Assembly (NCBI RefSeq): GCF_910592395.1
Contig: NC_088312.1
Coordinates: forward strand, 2,933,858 to 2,997,857
Reading direction: 5' to 3'
Length of the DNA: 64,000 nt
Origin: Lineus longissimus
Taxonomy: Eukaryota
The position numbers were made by a program, and so were the translations under genes. The notes below the pieces were generated by a model, which worked only from the letters and a program-made list of their open reading frames with translations, was not told the origin of the DNA and did not search any database. Below are positions 11,701-24,038 of the stretch, in pieces; the first letter of the stretch is position 1; each line of letters opens with the position of its first letter.

Positions 11701-14700
11701 AGCGGTGTTTGACATAGCCTCCCCATAACAGACCCTGCATCCAACTTCTTTTTATCAACAGTTTTTTTCAGCCAAAGCTATACCAAGCAGGTACTGAGGC
11801 CGACATATGGATGCCAATCCAGTTTTTGTGGTTAGTTGTTCAGATTTCGGACCATAATTCCATTTAGACGAGACCCAAGGGAGTTTCAAGTTCTAATCGA
11901 GCCAGTGATTTTACATGGCCATGTTTCTCGACTTGTAATGTAAACAGCGTTTATTCATCAGCTCCAAAGGATAGGCCTGAGGCGCCTCAAGACTAGAGCA
12001 GCAACTCTTCATAATCCCAGCACCGTTCTCGCCCGTTCATTCTAATCATTCGTACCATCTTCTCTTCCTTCTGATCCGATCATGCAGCGCTCGTTTGGTG
12101 TGTTCTGCGCAAACGTTTCCAGTGTAGGTCTAGGTCTCATTCTCTCCCACGTGCTCGAGCTCGGGCTACCAACATGCATGCACCGCTTCATCGCTTGCAA
12201 CAACAAGCTTTGCCTGGTAATTTTTACAATTTGGTTGCTCCAATTTCTTCATCCGAATCTGTGTATTGTCGATCCATTTCTATGTACTGTACATATTTGT
12301 GTAGTTATACATCTAGGTGTGAATCGAAATTGGTATTGAATGAAATCTAGACCAACAGCCACAGATTAATCACTCCAGCCATGACCCGAATGATCTATAC
12401 CTTAGTGTCAATGACATCTTTGCTTGGCTATCTGGTTTTGGATGTACTTGTTGTTTCTTGTCAGTCCTTGTCCAGATTTGATGTCAATACCAATAATATT
12501 CCACATATTGTTTCAGAGTTGTTCTTTACATCAAAATGGAGCTTTTCAAGTGAGTTTGTTTCGTAAGATGGTGTTGTCACAAAGATGCTTTGAGCACACT
12601 GTTGATACGTTACACAACATTGGGCTGTCTCTCTTATACCTGGGCACATTCTCCTGAAAAAGTATTACGCTGTTTCAAAATGAATGAGTGTCATCATGAT
12701 AGCATTCATTGAGTAAGAGTAGAGAATTGGTGGCCACTCTGGTGTGATGTACTGGCTCACCTAATCTCACGGACTTGTCCAATCTATACCATCTTTGAAA
12801 CCTTGCACCATGTTCTGAAACTCTCTCTTCAAAGGCCTATTTCTCTATCATATGTCATTGCATTCAATTTCATCACTTCGTACTGTCTGTCATTCCTTAG
12901 TGATAACAAATTCTGTATAATATGATATGTGACCTGATGTGCTGTTTGTAAGATTATGTACGAGACAGAAAGGATGAGAACCAACCGTAAGGAGTTCTCG
13001 TCAAGAACATCTTCATCATACATGTCATATTACGACAGTGTTGATGACATGGATGCTAGAAAGGTCATTTGACCACAGTGGAACCTTTCCTTAAGGACAC
13101 CCTCGATCTGTAAAAAAGCTGTAACACTAACAGCAAGGTGTCTTAAAACGGGGGTGACTTTGAATAAGAAATCAGGTCTTTGGGTCCAAAATTAGGGTCC
13201 TTATATGAGAAGGTTTGATTGTCCCCTAACGGAGGTGTCGCAAAGGTAGGTTCCACTCTACATAGTTGTGATGGAAACCATTGTGATACTACATTTCCAT
13301 TAAACTGTTGTATCTTTGTTGTAACACTGTTGTAAAGTGTTGTCTAGATTGATCCCACCAACCTCATTACGTTCTATTCTGGGTTGTAAAAGATAAAAAA
13401 GGGGAGTGCAAATGACTTTCGGTGTCACTAATGTTTAGATTTCTGGTAGCTAACCGAGTTGCCTCCTATGTATGAAATGAGTTACTTTAGATAGTTATAG
13501 AGTTGCCCCCTATGCGTGAAATGAGTTACTACTTCACATTTGACAGTTGTTACATGTACCGGTATATGTTTTCTAAGAAGACTACCCCTTTAATACTTGT
13601 CTCATTCTAGATGTTGTACCTCTGTTCTATAGGTGTTGTATTCATTGATCTATTTGTTTTTGCCTTCCAGAAAGAGAGTGGACTGACTTGACATGGTGTA
13701 TGTACCAACCAAGCATATCTCTCCAGACTTTAACAAACATAACATGTTAACCTGCAGTGATCTAGATCTGAATTCTGTAACAAAATTAATGTCAACTCCA
13801 CAGCTTCATCTTGCCCCTAAGCAAACTGCTATTTAACCTGGCAGAAAGGGAAGGGGGGAGGTTCTCTGCGAATGTGGTCACCCTTCAAGAAATAAGAGTG
13901 ACTGCAATTAAACTTCAGTTCTAACAGCCAGTGTCAGCAGCTATTCTATTCATCTTTGCCTTGTATGAACCTTCCTTTGTGGACTCCTCTGCTATATGGA
14001 AGACAACTCCTCTTACAACTTACCCTGGGTATCTCATAAAGAGGGTGGTGGCTAAAAATAACAGGGTGTAGAGATTTTTGCCTGTCTAACCGTGATTTGA
14101 TAACGAGTGATGTTCTGTTGTCCTGTACATATGTCTGTATGTTTGTGTGGCTTGTGTGTATTTTCATGTTTTCTAACATATACCATCCCTAGAAAACTGA
14201 GTATTTCACCGAGTTTGATATGTCAACTTGGTTAAAGATTGAATCTTGTTTGTTGTCTTAAGTCTTTCAGGAAATAAATCTTGTACCATCATTCATATAA
14301 TGTGATCAAATTAGTGATTTTCATTTCTATGTTCAATATCCACCCATCCGGGCAAAAGGCAGTAAATACTTTGAGTGGACTGTTGTTGCTATGAATGCCT
14401 ACAACCTCTGTGGGTAGAGCATAAATTGTGGCGATAAACACTTTGTTTGAAGCTGCGCTGTGGTCGTAAATCGTACTCGCATTTCAGATTGAAGCTATTA
14501 CTCATCTGTCATGATTACATATGCATGCACGACATCTGATTTGTGACCATCTTGATTTAAGTAAGAATTTTAGTGACAATAGACTTGAGAAAAAGTACAT
14601 AAATCTTAGAGTCTGGCGCTGGATGACTCAATCAGAAATTGCCAGATTACCTCTCTATGATGCATGTGATGCTCAACTGGAGAAGTTTATCATCTTGGTT

Positions 14701-14732
14701 GATACATTTTATCTAATTCCGTCCTGTTTCAG

Positions 14733-14862
14733 ATATTTCTGCCATGGCACTCGAAGCAGAGATCCCAGATCAGGAGAAGAAGCTCCACAGGAGGAAGCAC
14801 AGTCGGAGTCCTGAACCTCCGACACTAAAACCTCTGCCAACTGGATTGGTCTTTGATATGAA
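14733..14862 (+). CDS. DENND5: DENND5-like exon (RUN1 insert loop)
   Basis: DISAMALEAEIPDQEKKLHRRKHSRSPEPPTLKPLPTGLVFDMK, bounded by gtttcag| and |gtaagt. Confidence 0.75.
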
Positions 14863-15139
14863 GTAAGTCTAAAAGAGGACATCAGAACTACAGTAACCTG
14901 TATTGAAGTTAGAACTTTGACTGAAATGTAGCTCTGGGGAGCAAAAGAGTCAGCTGCCTGCTAGGTTCATCATGCTCATAAGGAACATAGGCCCATTGCA
15001 TAGGTCTGGGTTTTGGGAACACACGGTTCTGTAGAAAAGCATGAAGTATTGAAAAGAACCCTTTGAAGAAGAAGATTAAGGTGAAAAGAGATCTGCCTCC
15101 CTGAGGCCCTCAAATTATATTTACTGTGCCTCTTTTTAG

Positions 15140-15268
15140 GAATGTGCAGAAGATGTCTGAAATCAAGACTGATGTTGGCTACGCCCGTGCCTGGGTTAGA
15201 TTAGCATTAGAGAAGAAAGTGTTGTCAACCCACCTGAAGGAGCTGCTCTCTGACGGTGATTTGCTCAA
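15140..15268 (+). CDS. DENND5: DENND5-like exon (RUN1 block D)
   Basis: NVQKMSEIKTDVGYARAWVRLALEKKVLSTHLKELLSDGDLLK, matching the RUN motif GRAW(I/V)RLAL. Confidence 0.85.
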
Positions 15269-15543
15269 GTAAGTCATACCAAAGTTTTAGTACATCCATC
15301 CAAGGCAACGGTCACCAGACTTCAAAGACCAGTGCCATTATTACCAAGCTGTCGGCTGCCCTGTCTCTTAAAAGTAGGAGTTCCCAGCAGATTGCTGGTT
15401 ACTACAAGATCTGTAGAGAATGTGGCGAGGACTGGCTTTAAAAAGGTTCAACCAAATTAACTTCTTAGCAAATTCATGCTAATGCATTTGTAGCTGTGCA
15501 CTTTCTTTCTTTCATTTGTTTGTCTCGTTTGATTTCATTTTAG

Positions 15544-15665
15544 GAGTCTCTACAAACGTTATGCATTCCTGCGTTGTGAAGACGAGAGAGAACAATTCCT
15601 GTACCACTTGCTTGCCCTGAATGCGGTTGACTACTATGCATTTACGAATTCATTTGTCAAGACAG
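15544..15665 (+). CDS. DENND5: DENND5-like exon (RUN1 C-terminal end)
   Basis: [40 protein letters not shown]. Confidence 0.85.
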
Positions 15666-15676
15666 GTATTGTACAT

Positions 15677-15856
15677 TGAGATAACAAAGTTTATCTTATC
15701 ACAAACAGGTTTGAAACGGATAAATTACCTTGACGTTTCATGACTAGTCAAGTCTTGAAACGTCATGAGTCTAGTCAAGTCTTGACTAGTCATGAAACGT
15801 CAAGGTAATTTATCCGTTTCAAACCTGTTTGTGATAAGATAAACTTTGTTATCTCA
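15677..15856. repeat. ~180-bp near-perfect palindrome (hairpin/foldback) just 3' of the DENND5 exon ending at 15665
   Basis: TTGAGATAACAAAGTTTATCTTATCACAAACAGGTTTGAAACGGATAAATTACCTTGACGTTTCATGACTAGTCAAGTCTTG... reverse-complements onto itself around ~15766. Confidence 0.8.
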
Positions 15857-16111
15857 ATATACAACTGAACAGATGAACCTCATTAAGGAGGTATTGTACA
15901 GAAGGGGAAAATGTGATGTTGGGGTCAAACCAATTAAGCAAAGTTATTCAATGCTTTCGATAGATTTGTTTTTGTGTGATTTACATGTACTTGTAAGATT
16001 GAATAGATGAGATACTTTGACATTATGAAAAGGGGGAATTTGGTAACGAACAGCTATTGAGTCTGCTCTTGTTATATTTGGACGGTTCTACAATGCAAGC
16101 TTTCTCTTTAG

Positions 16112-16260
16112 TGATTCCATATCGCCTCATCATCTGCCCTGGTAAACGGTTCAGTGCTGCCTCGACGACCACTGCCAACGTATGGATGTATCTGTCTGGA
16201 CAGCTGGGAGAGACGGGCATCATTCACTTACCACGCCATTCCCTCGAACATGGCTTTGAG
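16112..16260 (+). CDS. DENND5: DENND5-like exon (PLAT domain)
   Basis: VIPYRLIICPGKRFSAASTTTANVWMYLSGQLGETGIIHLPRHSLEHGFE, in ORF 16057..16275. Confidence 0.85.
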
Positions 16261-16472
16261 GTTAGTCGAGTTTAGTGGAGTTTTGGGGATCTGATATGAC
16301 TATTCCTGGCCCTTATATAGAGTGCCTGTTGGCTGTACCGGTATCTTGCATGGTACTTGTACGATTAAAGACTTTCAAGAGTTTTGTTGGTCAAATAGAT
16401 GAATGAAAAAGTATCGGGATATGTGGCCACGCTGAATGATGAATTCCATCTTCATTCCTTACCCGTTTTCAG

Positions 16473-16698
16473 CACAAAAACCTTGGTGTCCTAACAACGT
16501 TGCGGGTGGGGCACGACAACACTGGTATGTCACCAAAATGGATCATAGACTATTTGCTCATGAGGAACGAGGTGACAAATCATACGTATCGATTCCCCTG
16601 CGGGCGGTGGCTGGGCAAAGGCATCGATGATGGCAGTTCAGAGAGACTTCTTGTGGCGGAGCAGGTACCGCCCATGGCCAACTATGACACAGAACCAG
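16473..16698 (+). CDS. DENND5: DENND5-like exon (PLAT domain)
   Basis: HKNLGVLTTLRVGHDNTGMSPKWIIDYLLMRNEVTNHTYRFPCGRWLGKGIDDGSSERLLVAEQVPP..., in ORF 16500..16721. Confidence 0.85.
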
Positions 16699-16818
16699 GT
16701 GAGAGCTTGCAAGGACTGTAGACTTCCTCCCGGGGCATTCCACCAATACTGTAAAGCTACATTTTATTAAGGTGGATTTTAAGAATAGCAGATATCGCCA
16801 TTATGCTGTTGGTTTCAG

Positions 16819-17000
16819 ATTTTGATTACTTGGATGTTTCAGAGTGGACGGGAAGTCTCCCAAGAAGTATGATGCGTACACGATCACCAAGTGCATCCCG
16901 GCGTGGCAGTGAGGTGATGTTGACCATTCCGCAGATACAGGAACTCCTGGGAGACAGTGTCAACAGTATAGTCAAACACTTCTACAAGCCGGAGAAGGAG
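16819..17000 (+). CDS. DENND5: DENND5-like exon (PLAT-RUN2 linker)
   Basis: DFDYLDVSEWTGSLPRSMMRTRSPSASRRGSEVMLTIPQIQELLGDSVNSIVKHFYKPEKE. An alternative in-frame acceptor lies 21 nt downstream (~16840). Confidence 0.7.
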
Positions 17001-17246
17001 GTGAGTATATTCTTGTCAGAGGAAACAAGTGCCCATTCTTGTTGCCTGTGTACAGTCACAGCATTCCTAGTATTGGTGGTTGAAGAATTTTGAATAAAGA
17101 TATCTCAGTGATCTCATTTTCCCTTCAGAAAGATTCTCTGTCCGTCAAGAGAGTGGTAGAAATGTGTAGTGTGATTCACGAATCTCAAAAATGAATTGGT
17201 GCGATAATTTTGCAGTTTACATTGTCATCATGTGTTTTGGTTTCAG

Positions 17247-17373
17247 AGAGGGAGTCTTACGATACTCCTATGTGGGGAGAACGGCATTGTCCCTGGTTTG
17301 GAGAGGATGTTCCAGTATGGCTTCAAATCAGCAAGACTCTTTCGTAACAAATTCTTCATCTGGGACTACTTGG
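17247..17373 (+). CDS. DENND5: DENND5-like exon (RUN2)
   Basis: [42 protein letters not shown], bounded by tttcag| and |gtgagt. Confidence 0.8.
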
Positions 17374-17516
17374 GTGAGTTGAAACCATTTTGAAGCCTCA
17401 CACAGTTCTGATATGCCCATTTCCCTTGGGTCAAGCACTGCACTACCCCACTATGTAAAGACACTCAAAAAACCACTCAAACTCTTGTTACTCATCAGAA
17501 TGATTTACTTTTCCAG

Positions 17517-17694
17517 AGAAAATTCAGACCTTCTTTGAGACATTGTTGTACGAGGATGTTGAGAGAGAACTTGATGAGCGCCGGCGTCGAGCATACATGT
17601 CATATAAACATGTCATGTCACGTATCAACGCCTCGACACAGTCGATCGGCAAAGATGGGAAATATCAAGTTTTTATCTGTATCGCTATAAGGTC
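17517..17694 (+). CDS. DENND5: DENND5-like exon (RUN2)
   Basis: EKIQTFFETLLYEDVERELDERRRRAYMSYKHVMSRINASTQSIGKDGKYQVFICIAI. Confidence 0.8.
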
Positions 17695-17942
17695 AGTATT
17701 TGATAGCTGTACCAGGTTGTTCAAAACAAATTAGTTGAATTTGGTGTGAGTTTGCACTAGCTTTGAAGTATGCATACCTTAAAACTAATTGGGATAGTGT
17801 CAAACTCTTTCAGGAAAATAGTTTACAATGAAACAGTAAAAAGAACAACTTCGTTGGAGGGATAATCCACCTTGGCTTCAATACCATTCAGTGTGGTTAT
17901 TTACAAAAGCAGTATGATGTTTACCGATTTATTTGTTTCCAG

Positions 17943-18126
17943 GGATCAGATGCTAACTAAGTGGTTACCAGCGATGGCCGAAACGCCCGTGACACAGAGT
18001 ATGTACGAAGAACAATCATTCTTACGTGATCCACAGCTTCTAACATTTGTTATCCATATCCTCGATTCTCTAAAAGAGTTCAATATCACTCTTGAGGCAT
18101 CACTGACCAAGGGAGTCAACATTTGA
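17943..18126 (+). CDS. DENND5: DENND5-like terminal coding exon (stop TGA at 18124-18126)
   Basis: RDQMLTKWLPAMAETPVTQSMYEEQSFLRDPQLLTFVIHILDSLKEFNITLEASLTKGVNI*, in ORF 17872..18126. Confidence 0.85.
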
Positions 18127-20941
18127 ATATCTGTTAAGTCCCACTGCATGCAATTTCACTGTATATTCATCACATATGCAGAAGTAAAGTAGCACCTTCT
18201 AGCCATTGTGAATGACTTCAAAATACTGGCCAGGCACCTGCTGTAAAAAGTCGACTGTCACTGTAGCATGAATGAGATGTGATGCATGACTTCCTTAATG
18301 TCAGTGAATATAAGCATTTATGATATTGAATACAGTGGAAATTTAAGAGCTTCTTGGTCTGTGAGATGATGCAGTTCTTAGAGGCTGTTTTCAAATCACT
18401 TAGATGTGCTACATGTAATCATGACCGAAACAAACTGTACATTGCTCCAGACGGGCATTTTCAAAATCAATCAGTGGTAGGATATGGCTTAGTTGCAATC
18501 TTCAGAACATTTTACCCAAGACGTTGGGTCTGCAGTGGTCAGGTAACTTAAAACTCCTGGCCCATCTCCACCAAATCATTTATTGCCGTGATTTATGCTC
18601 AGTGCACAGGCATATGTGCTGTACATGTTCATACCAACAATGAAACAGTTGAGCTATTGGCTCTAATCCACTGGGTGTGGAAATAAGGTGTCAACTTGCA
18701 AATCACTGCTGTTAGCATTTACTTGGTGGTGAAGGGCCTTGAGTCTGATAGGTCGCATAATTCTCTGGAAAGTCTGTGTTTTTCTGATGTTATTATAGTT
18801 GATGAACAAACATGTACAAAGTGGATATCATTGTGTTGTGCTTTTGTATCAGCTTCAACCTTCTGTTGTGAAACAAGTTTAGCCCTTAAAAGTATGTATT
18901 GCTGTACATCTTTTTTCTAAACATTTTACATGACTCTCAAGTATGTCGTTTGATAGAAATTTTGACCCCAATGTTGTCTGAGCAATATGATCATGGTCTC
19001 TTAAAATCTGTTTGTTATTTGGCCAATTCTGACAGGCAGTGACTTGTATCATATATTCAGCTGTATACATTGTAATGTATTGGACTTTGCTAGCAGTTAG
19101 GGGCATTTGGAAACCGCTCACCTGCGATTTTGCTTCAGTAAGAAATCTCTTATCAGAGAGGTTTTCTTTGATGTAAATTAGACAGTTGGAGTGAAGCATA
19201 GAGCATTGTGTAATCTAAGGTGACGAGCGTTGACCACCGTAAATGAGCAATGATCGTTGCATACCATTCAAATCTTTGCCAAATAAATAGTGGTTCTTGT
19301 TACCCAGGTGTTGTCTTGGAAACGTCACTGGATGATATTCCGTGTTTAGAATGTGTCTTTATTAAATTATTCAATTTTGTGGTTCTTGTTGGGTGGATGT
19401 TACCATGAGATTGTTTCATAGCTTATTACTCTGGAAGATTCATATTTCCACAATGTGGTATTACTATGAAGGCCATACCAGTAATCAAATGTTTTAACAA
19501 TTTGGGATTTCTGCAATTAAGGTATATCTTTAGGATGCATATGCTTCATTTGTTATTGTCACCACCTTTAGTTAAAAGTTCGGTAAGAACCTTGATAAAT
19601 TGTGGGTCAGGAAATAGAAGTCCAGTTATACACAATGCCATAGTGCATTTATCGTGCATACAACTTTGCTGGAACTTGATATATGTAATATTTGTATGTC
19701 TGTCTACGCAATGGCAATGTTGAAATTCATATTCAGTATGTACATTGTATTATTATTAATGCAAATGTTCAAATTCAGTTTCAAATTTCAAATTTTTAAC
19801 GAAAACAGCAAATGCCTTTAATACTGGTGTGAGAGTTTGGGGGGGTCAGGTTTATGGAAGAGCATCTTGATAACGATTTTCTTATTCCAATCATTGCATG
19901 CCAATACTCACGTTTGATTTAAGCTTTCTGTTACGAAATGTTTACATTCACTGTGGTTAGTATTTGTGATTTGTTTGTGGATGGTGCAACATTTGAACTG
20001 CCTGTACAGATAATTATCTACAGAATAAATATTTTGAAATAAATACGTAGTTTTGAGTTCTCCTACATGTCACTCCCAACAGCTGTACAACTGCCCCTAA
20101 GACATCGCTGCAAAACTTGTTTTTTGTGCCGATATGAGCACTTTCAGGAGAAAAATGTGGTGTCCCTCCCTCCCAGAGAGCCTACTGCCCCCCCCTCCCC
20201 CAGGTCCAAAAAGTCGAATAAGGCCTTGCTGCCTCCCCTCCCTGAGAAAATAGCATCGAAGCAAAAGGTCATGGCTTGAGATAGCTACTATGAGAAGGAA
20301 GTGTCATAGTTGACGTTGTCAATAGCATGATGAAAAGGAAGCGCTATGGTTGGGATTAGCAATAGCATGAATAGGAAGAGTAATGATGGTTAAGGTTAGT
20401 GTACCACTATAAGGTGTCAGAAGGACTCGAGATGGTTTGGGGGTTCCACTCCATCACCTCGGGATAAGCGTCTCAGAAGGACTTATTAAGAGTCAAATGG
20501 GGGTTGGGGGGGGGGCCTTCCCCAAATGCACTGACCCTTGGCACTGACTAAAACATGTCAGAAGGACGGGGAGTTTGGGGTACCAAATCCACCGGCTAAA
20601 CGGGGGGCGTATTTTTTTTCCTGAACCTTTCAGGCAGTAGGCCGACAGTGTACTTGTACACAGGTTCTCAGCCAAGCAGAATCCGATAAATCTGAAGAAA
20701 GCACCACATTGTCTAGTGAAGTGCGTTGAAAACAATCAGTCTTGAAAAAACACCATTCACATGAGACAAGTCTCATTGTATATTCATACTCAATATGATA
20801 TCTGAAGGACTATCCCTTGGATCTTGGAGATGGGCTATTGTTATTGTCCTTTCTGTAGGTATGCCTATGTTGCAGGCAGCATAAATCTAAATAACAAGTG
20901 AAAAGAAACGCATTATAAAAATAAAATATAAAGGAAAAAGG

Positions 20942-21035
20942 AAAAAAAAGTTGTCCACAACCGGATTCGAACTCACGACCTTTGGATCGAACATCGTATT
21001 CTACCATTTCTGACGAGTGCTACCAACTGCTCTGA
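20942..21035 (-). ncRNA. tRNA-like Pol III-type element (degenerate tRNA or tRNA-derived SINE), minus strand
   Basis: The minus strand reads ...GCAGTTGGTAGCACTCGTCAGAAATGGTAGAATACGATGTTCGATCCAAAGGTCGTGAGTTCGAATCCGGTTGTGGACAAC followed by T8. It has A-box-like (AGTTGGTAG), B-box-like (GAGTTCGAATCC) and a second T-loop-like (GTTCGATCC) motif plus a poly-T terminator, but no clean cloverleaf acceptor stem. Confidence 0.3.
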
Positions 21036-22013
21036 TGTTTCTAAGACGTCTGACGTCATGTATTTGTCGAAATCTGATAGGCCCATCTGTATCCATGGTA
21101 ATCACTCGAGATCGAAGAACTAGTTTTTTGGTCCGACCTGATCACCACTGGCTGGTGAGACCAAAGCCACTGATGAATCTCCCGTCTTCGGTCCCTCTGC
21201 GGTCGTCCGCGCACTGATCCTGTGGCAGAGACAGTAGGTCGGAATTAATCATCATTGACGACGCTTGGAGAATGCAGTCTGACGTAGGGCATGCCACGGC
21301 CAATGCAGAATTAGTTCACAGATGTTTATCAAAAATTTAAAAACATTTTGCAACCAGGAAGTGATATTTGTTCTAATTTTGACACTGATTCATGATCACG
21401 TAAACCAGTATCGGTGAGTTGACAACGAGATTGTGAACAAACAGTGGCTAGAGAATGTTTCTGATGAATTTATTTTGAAATTATATTCGAATTTCTGTTC
21501 TGTTTTACCGAGTTTTCTAATGTCTATTTTTTCACTATTTTTGGCATTTATTTTGGTCTCCTTTGGCCTGGCATGATCATGATGGGCCTGGCCTAGCGCC
21601 TTGTGACAGTTTGTCTATGATGAGGCTATGGCTATGGCTATGGCTATGCTATCATCAGGGACACAGCCCAAACTCAACTGTGTAGGCCTATTTATAGTTC
21701 TGCAATCAGGCCCATGACCATCACCATGATATCTTGGCTTGCATGATGATGATTGGTGGGGCCTAACTCAACTGTCTTCCTAATGCATGCACTGCCGCAT
21801 CTATATTGAGGCCTAGTAAAGCTAGTCCTCCTAAATAGAACTAAACAAGGAAGACTATTATCTGCTGGTTGTGTGTCACTGTCACCTGTAGAGGAGCCCT
21901 TGGGCTGGTAATAGTCACTAGAACTATGCCGCATCTTGAGACTTCATATTCAAGACTCGAAAATTATTGTTCTCTATTGATCTTTTTCATGCAGGTGCTG
22001 AATGCCAGTTGCA

Positions 22014-22142
22014 ATGGGCATTTTCAGTAACTGTCAGGCTGTATTAGAATTTGGAACCAGCATAAGATTCAAGGAAAAGAAGGCACTCCAAACTGATGTG
22101 ACAGATAATGGGGGTGTCATATCATACATAATCACAAAGAAG
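22014..22142 (+). CDS. PARP4: PARP4 exon 1 with start codon (BRCT N-terminus)
   Basis: MGIFSNCQAVLEFGTSIRFKEKKALQTDVTDNGGVISYIITKK; compare vertebrate PARP4 MGIFANC...KKKLQTDIKENGG. ATG at 22014 (ORF 22002..22187), donor aag|gtaatt. Confidence 0.8.
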
Positions 22143-22201
22143 GTAATTAGGTTCCTGGTTGTCTTTTCAAGACATGTAGAGCTATAACCTAGCCACTCAC
22201 A

Positions 22202-22359
22202 CTATAGATTCATGCACTTGATTGGGAACAACACTTACGAAGACGTCGCGTCACGTCACGTTACAGTAATGTAAAACCGTCAGAGTTACAATGCATCGTG
22301 AAGTGACGACGGCCAACACTATGTAAACGTTGTTCCCAATCAAGTGCATGAATCTATAG
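22202..22359. mobile_element. MITE (~158 bp) with 31-bp perfect TIRs and TA flanks, in PARP4 intron 1
   Basis: CTATAGATTCATGCACTTGATTGGGAACAAC at 22202-22232 and its exact reverse complement at 22329-22359; flanking TA is consistent with a Tc1/mariner (Stowaway-like) target-site duplication. Confidence 0.6.
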
Positions 22360-22542
22360 TAGCCTGGGTTTGTAAAATGTGTAAAATGAAACTTTCATGC
22401 CAATTCATAGTTATAAGTCCTGTTCATAAACTGAAAATGAACACTTATCTTATAAGTTCAGACTCTTGATTGTACAAAGCATGAAATGGTAATGCTTCTC
22501 TCTGGAGTATCATGTACATGTACATCTTCTCTGTGATTACAG

Positions 22543-22741
22543 AGCAGCTTTGTTGTGGCTGTTGGGATAAGCAATGCAGAGGATACCTACAAATGCCGTA
22601 CTGCCCAGAAGCTGGGAATCCCGATCGTTTCTGCAAACTTCATTCGAGATTCCATTGAGGCGGGAAAACTTCTTGACCACGATGGCTATCTCATGGCAGG
22701 AAAAACCAGAGCTGAGGAATTCAAAACAGGAAAAATAACTG
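22543..22741 (+). CDS. PARP4: PARP4 exon (BRCT)
   Basis: SSFVVAVGISNAEDTYKCRTAQKLGIPIVSANFIRDSIEAGKLLDHDGYLMAGKTRAEEFKTGKIT, in ORF 22555..22785. Confidence 0.85.
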
Positions 22742-23052
22742 GTAAGACTATTGTTCTGTTTGCTTTATATAGTCACAGCCTTTAGAAATGTCAGTAACAG
22801 TGATTTTTTAAAAAATATTTATCATATTTGTATGGTAAACTTAGAAGTAGCATTTATGTAGGGGAAATGTTGTCAAAGCTGTTAAAATAGGCACAGTTTT
22901 GTAAAGTTTTATTCCATCTTATTTACCTTAAATGGGCACAGTGGGCCCCTAGGGGCTGCAGGGTGCAGGGCCCTTCTAAATATGCTTACTAGGCACTAGT
23001 TGAGGAATAACACTCGGAATACCATGTAAATGTTTCAGTTTTCTATTTTTAG

Positions 23053-23168
23053 GGAAAGCTGTTACCAAATTGACCCAGAAGAAGAAGCTGAACGTAAACA
23101 TTTCAAGCATCAAAGTTTGGAACTCTGATGACAACTCTGCCCCTGACTTCAACCATGAGAGGTTCCAG
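23053..23168 (+). CDS. PARP4: PARP4 exon
   Basis: GKAVTKLTQKKKLNVNISSIKVWNSDDNSAPDFNHERFQ (ORF 23070..23345), phase-consistent. Confidence 0.75.
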
Positions 23169-23290
23169 GTTGCAAAGTTTGCACTGTTCATGGTGAGGTT
23201 TGATTTGCTTCTTCTAGTCACAATGCCTACTCTATCAGAGTATGCTTACTGTTTTCATAATTCACATCATTGTTTTGATTTTCATTGTAG

Positions 23291-23341
23291 GTTCCTCCGA
23301 AGGATCAAAAGTCACAGAAGTTTGGGAAACAGACCCCAAAG
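23291..23341 (+). CDS. PARP4: PARP4 micro-exon
   Basis: VPPKDQKSQKFGKQTPK, bounded by ttgtag| and |gtagga. Confidence 0.65.
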
Positions 23342-23498
23342 GTAGGAATGACATTAGAATAGAGTGCAGGGAGTTTCCAACACTGACAGTAGGGCTTGAA
23401 TGTAGTGCAAAGTGTATAAGTCAAAGGCTTTATGTCAAAGTTCCAAGTGTTGGCCATGAGGTCAAGTTTGGGCCATGAAGCCATAACTGATGATGATA

Positions 23499-23530
<32 letters not shown>

Positions 23531-23671
23531 AATGATGATGTCAGCATGCACACTTATGTAAGGTAGGCAATTCTGTTCACAAAGAGTTGGTGATATATTT
23601 CTGGAAGCAAAAGGATTCAATGAAGAACATTTGTCTCACTTGTACATGTAGGCATTAAATCTATTTTTCAG

Positions 23672-23785
23672 AAGGAAGACCCAGAAACCGGTGATATGTA
23701 TTCAGTTGAACTCCATGCCGATCCCGAAGCACATGATAACCAGATGAAGTACAGGATCTTCACCAGCTATGGACCATTTTCATTG
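23672..23785 (+). CDS. PARP4: PARP4 exon
   Basis: KEDPETGDMYSVELHADPEAHDNQMKYRIFTSYGPFSL. Confidence 0.75.
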
Positions 23786-24038
23786 GTACCTATGCCATTC
23801 TTTCTTGTTTTCAACTTCATGATCTGGCATTAGGTGTGACACAAAGCCTAAAAATATCAGTTTTGGAAGAGTGGAATGTCTGTTACCTGGTGTCAGTTCT
23901 ATTAGAGACAGTGATTTTGGTCCCAAATATGCCATTTCTACATTCTTTCTGCAGTTTGACCTGTGTAATTTGGATACCTCTCCGTAAAGGACAGAATTTC
24001 AAAGATCAAAAGCCAACCTGATGATTCACATATTTCAG

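Noticed and set aside
12071-12227. Possible extra DENND5 exon (ALVWCVLRKRFQCRSRSHSLPRARARATNMHAPLHRLQQQALP) with acceptor catgcag| and donor |gtaatt
   Set aside because: It is phase-compatible but unconvincing in sequence; it cannot be supported without transcript data.
20418-20600. Three dispersed GTCAGAAGGAC...TTTGGGG segments that looked like a small tandem array
   Set aside because: The units are too degenerate and irregularly spaced to call as a repeat or regulatory array.
23305-23553. Minus-strand ORF with a poly-Ser run
   Set aside because: It is a translation of the intronic (GAT)n microsatellite at ~23489-23540.
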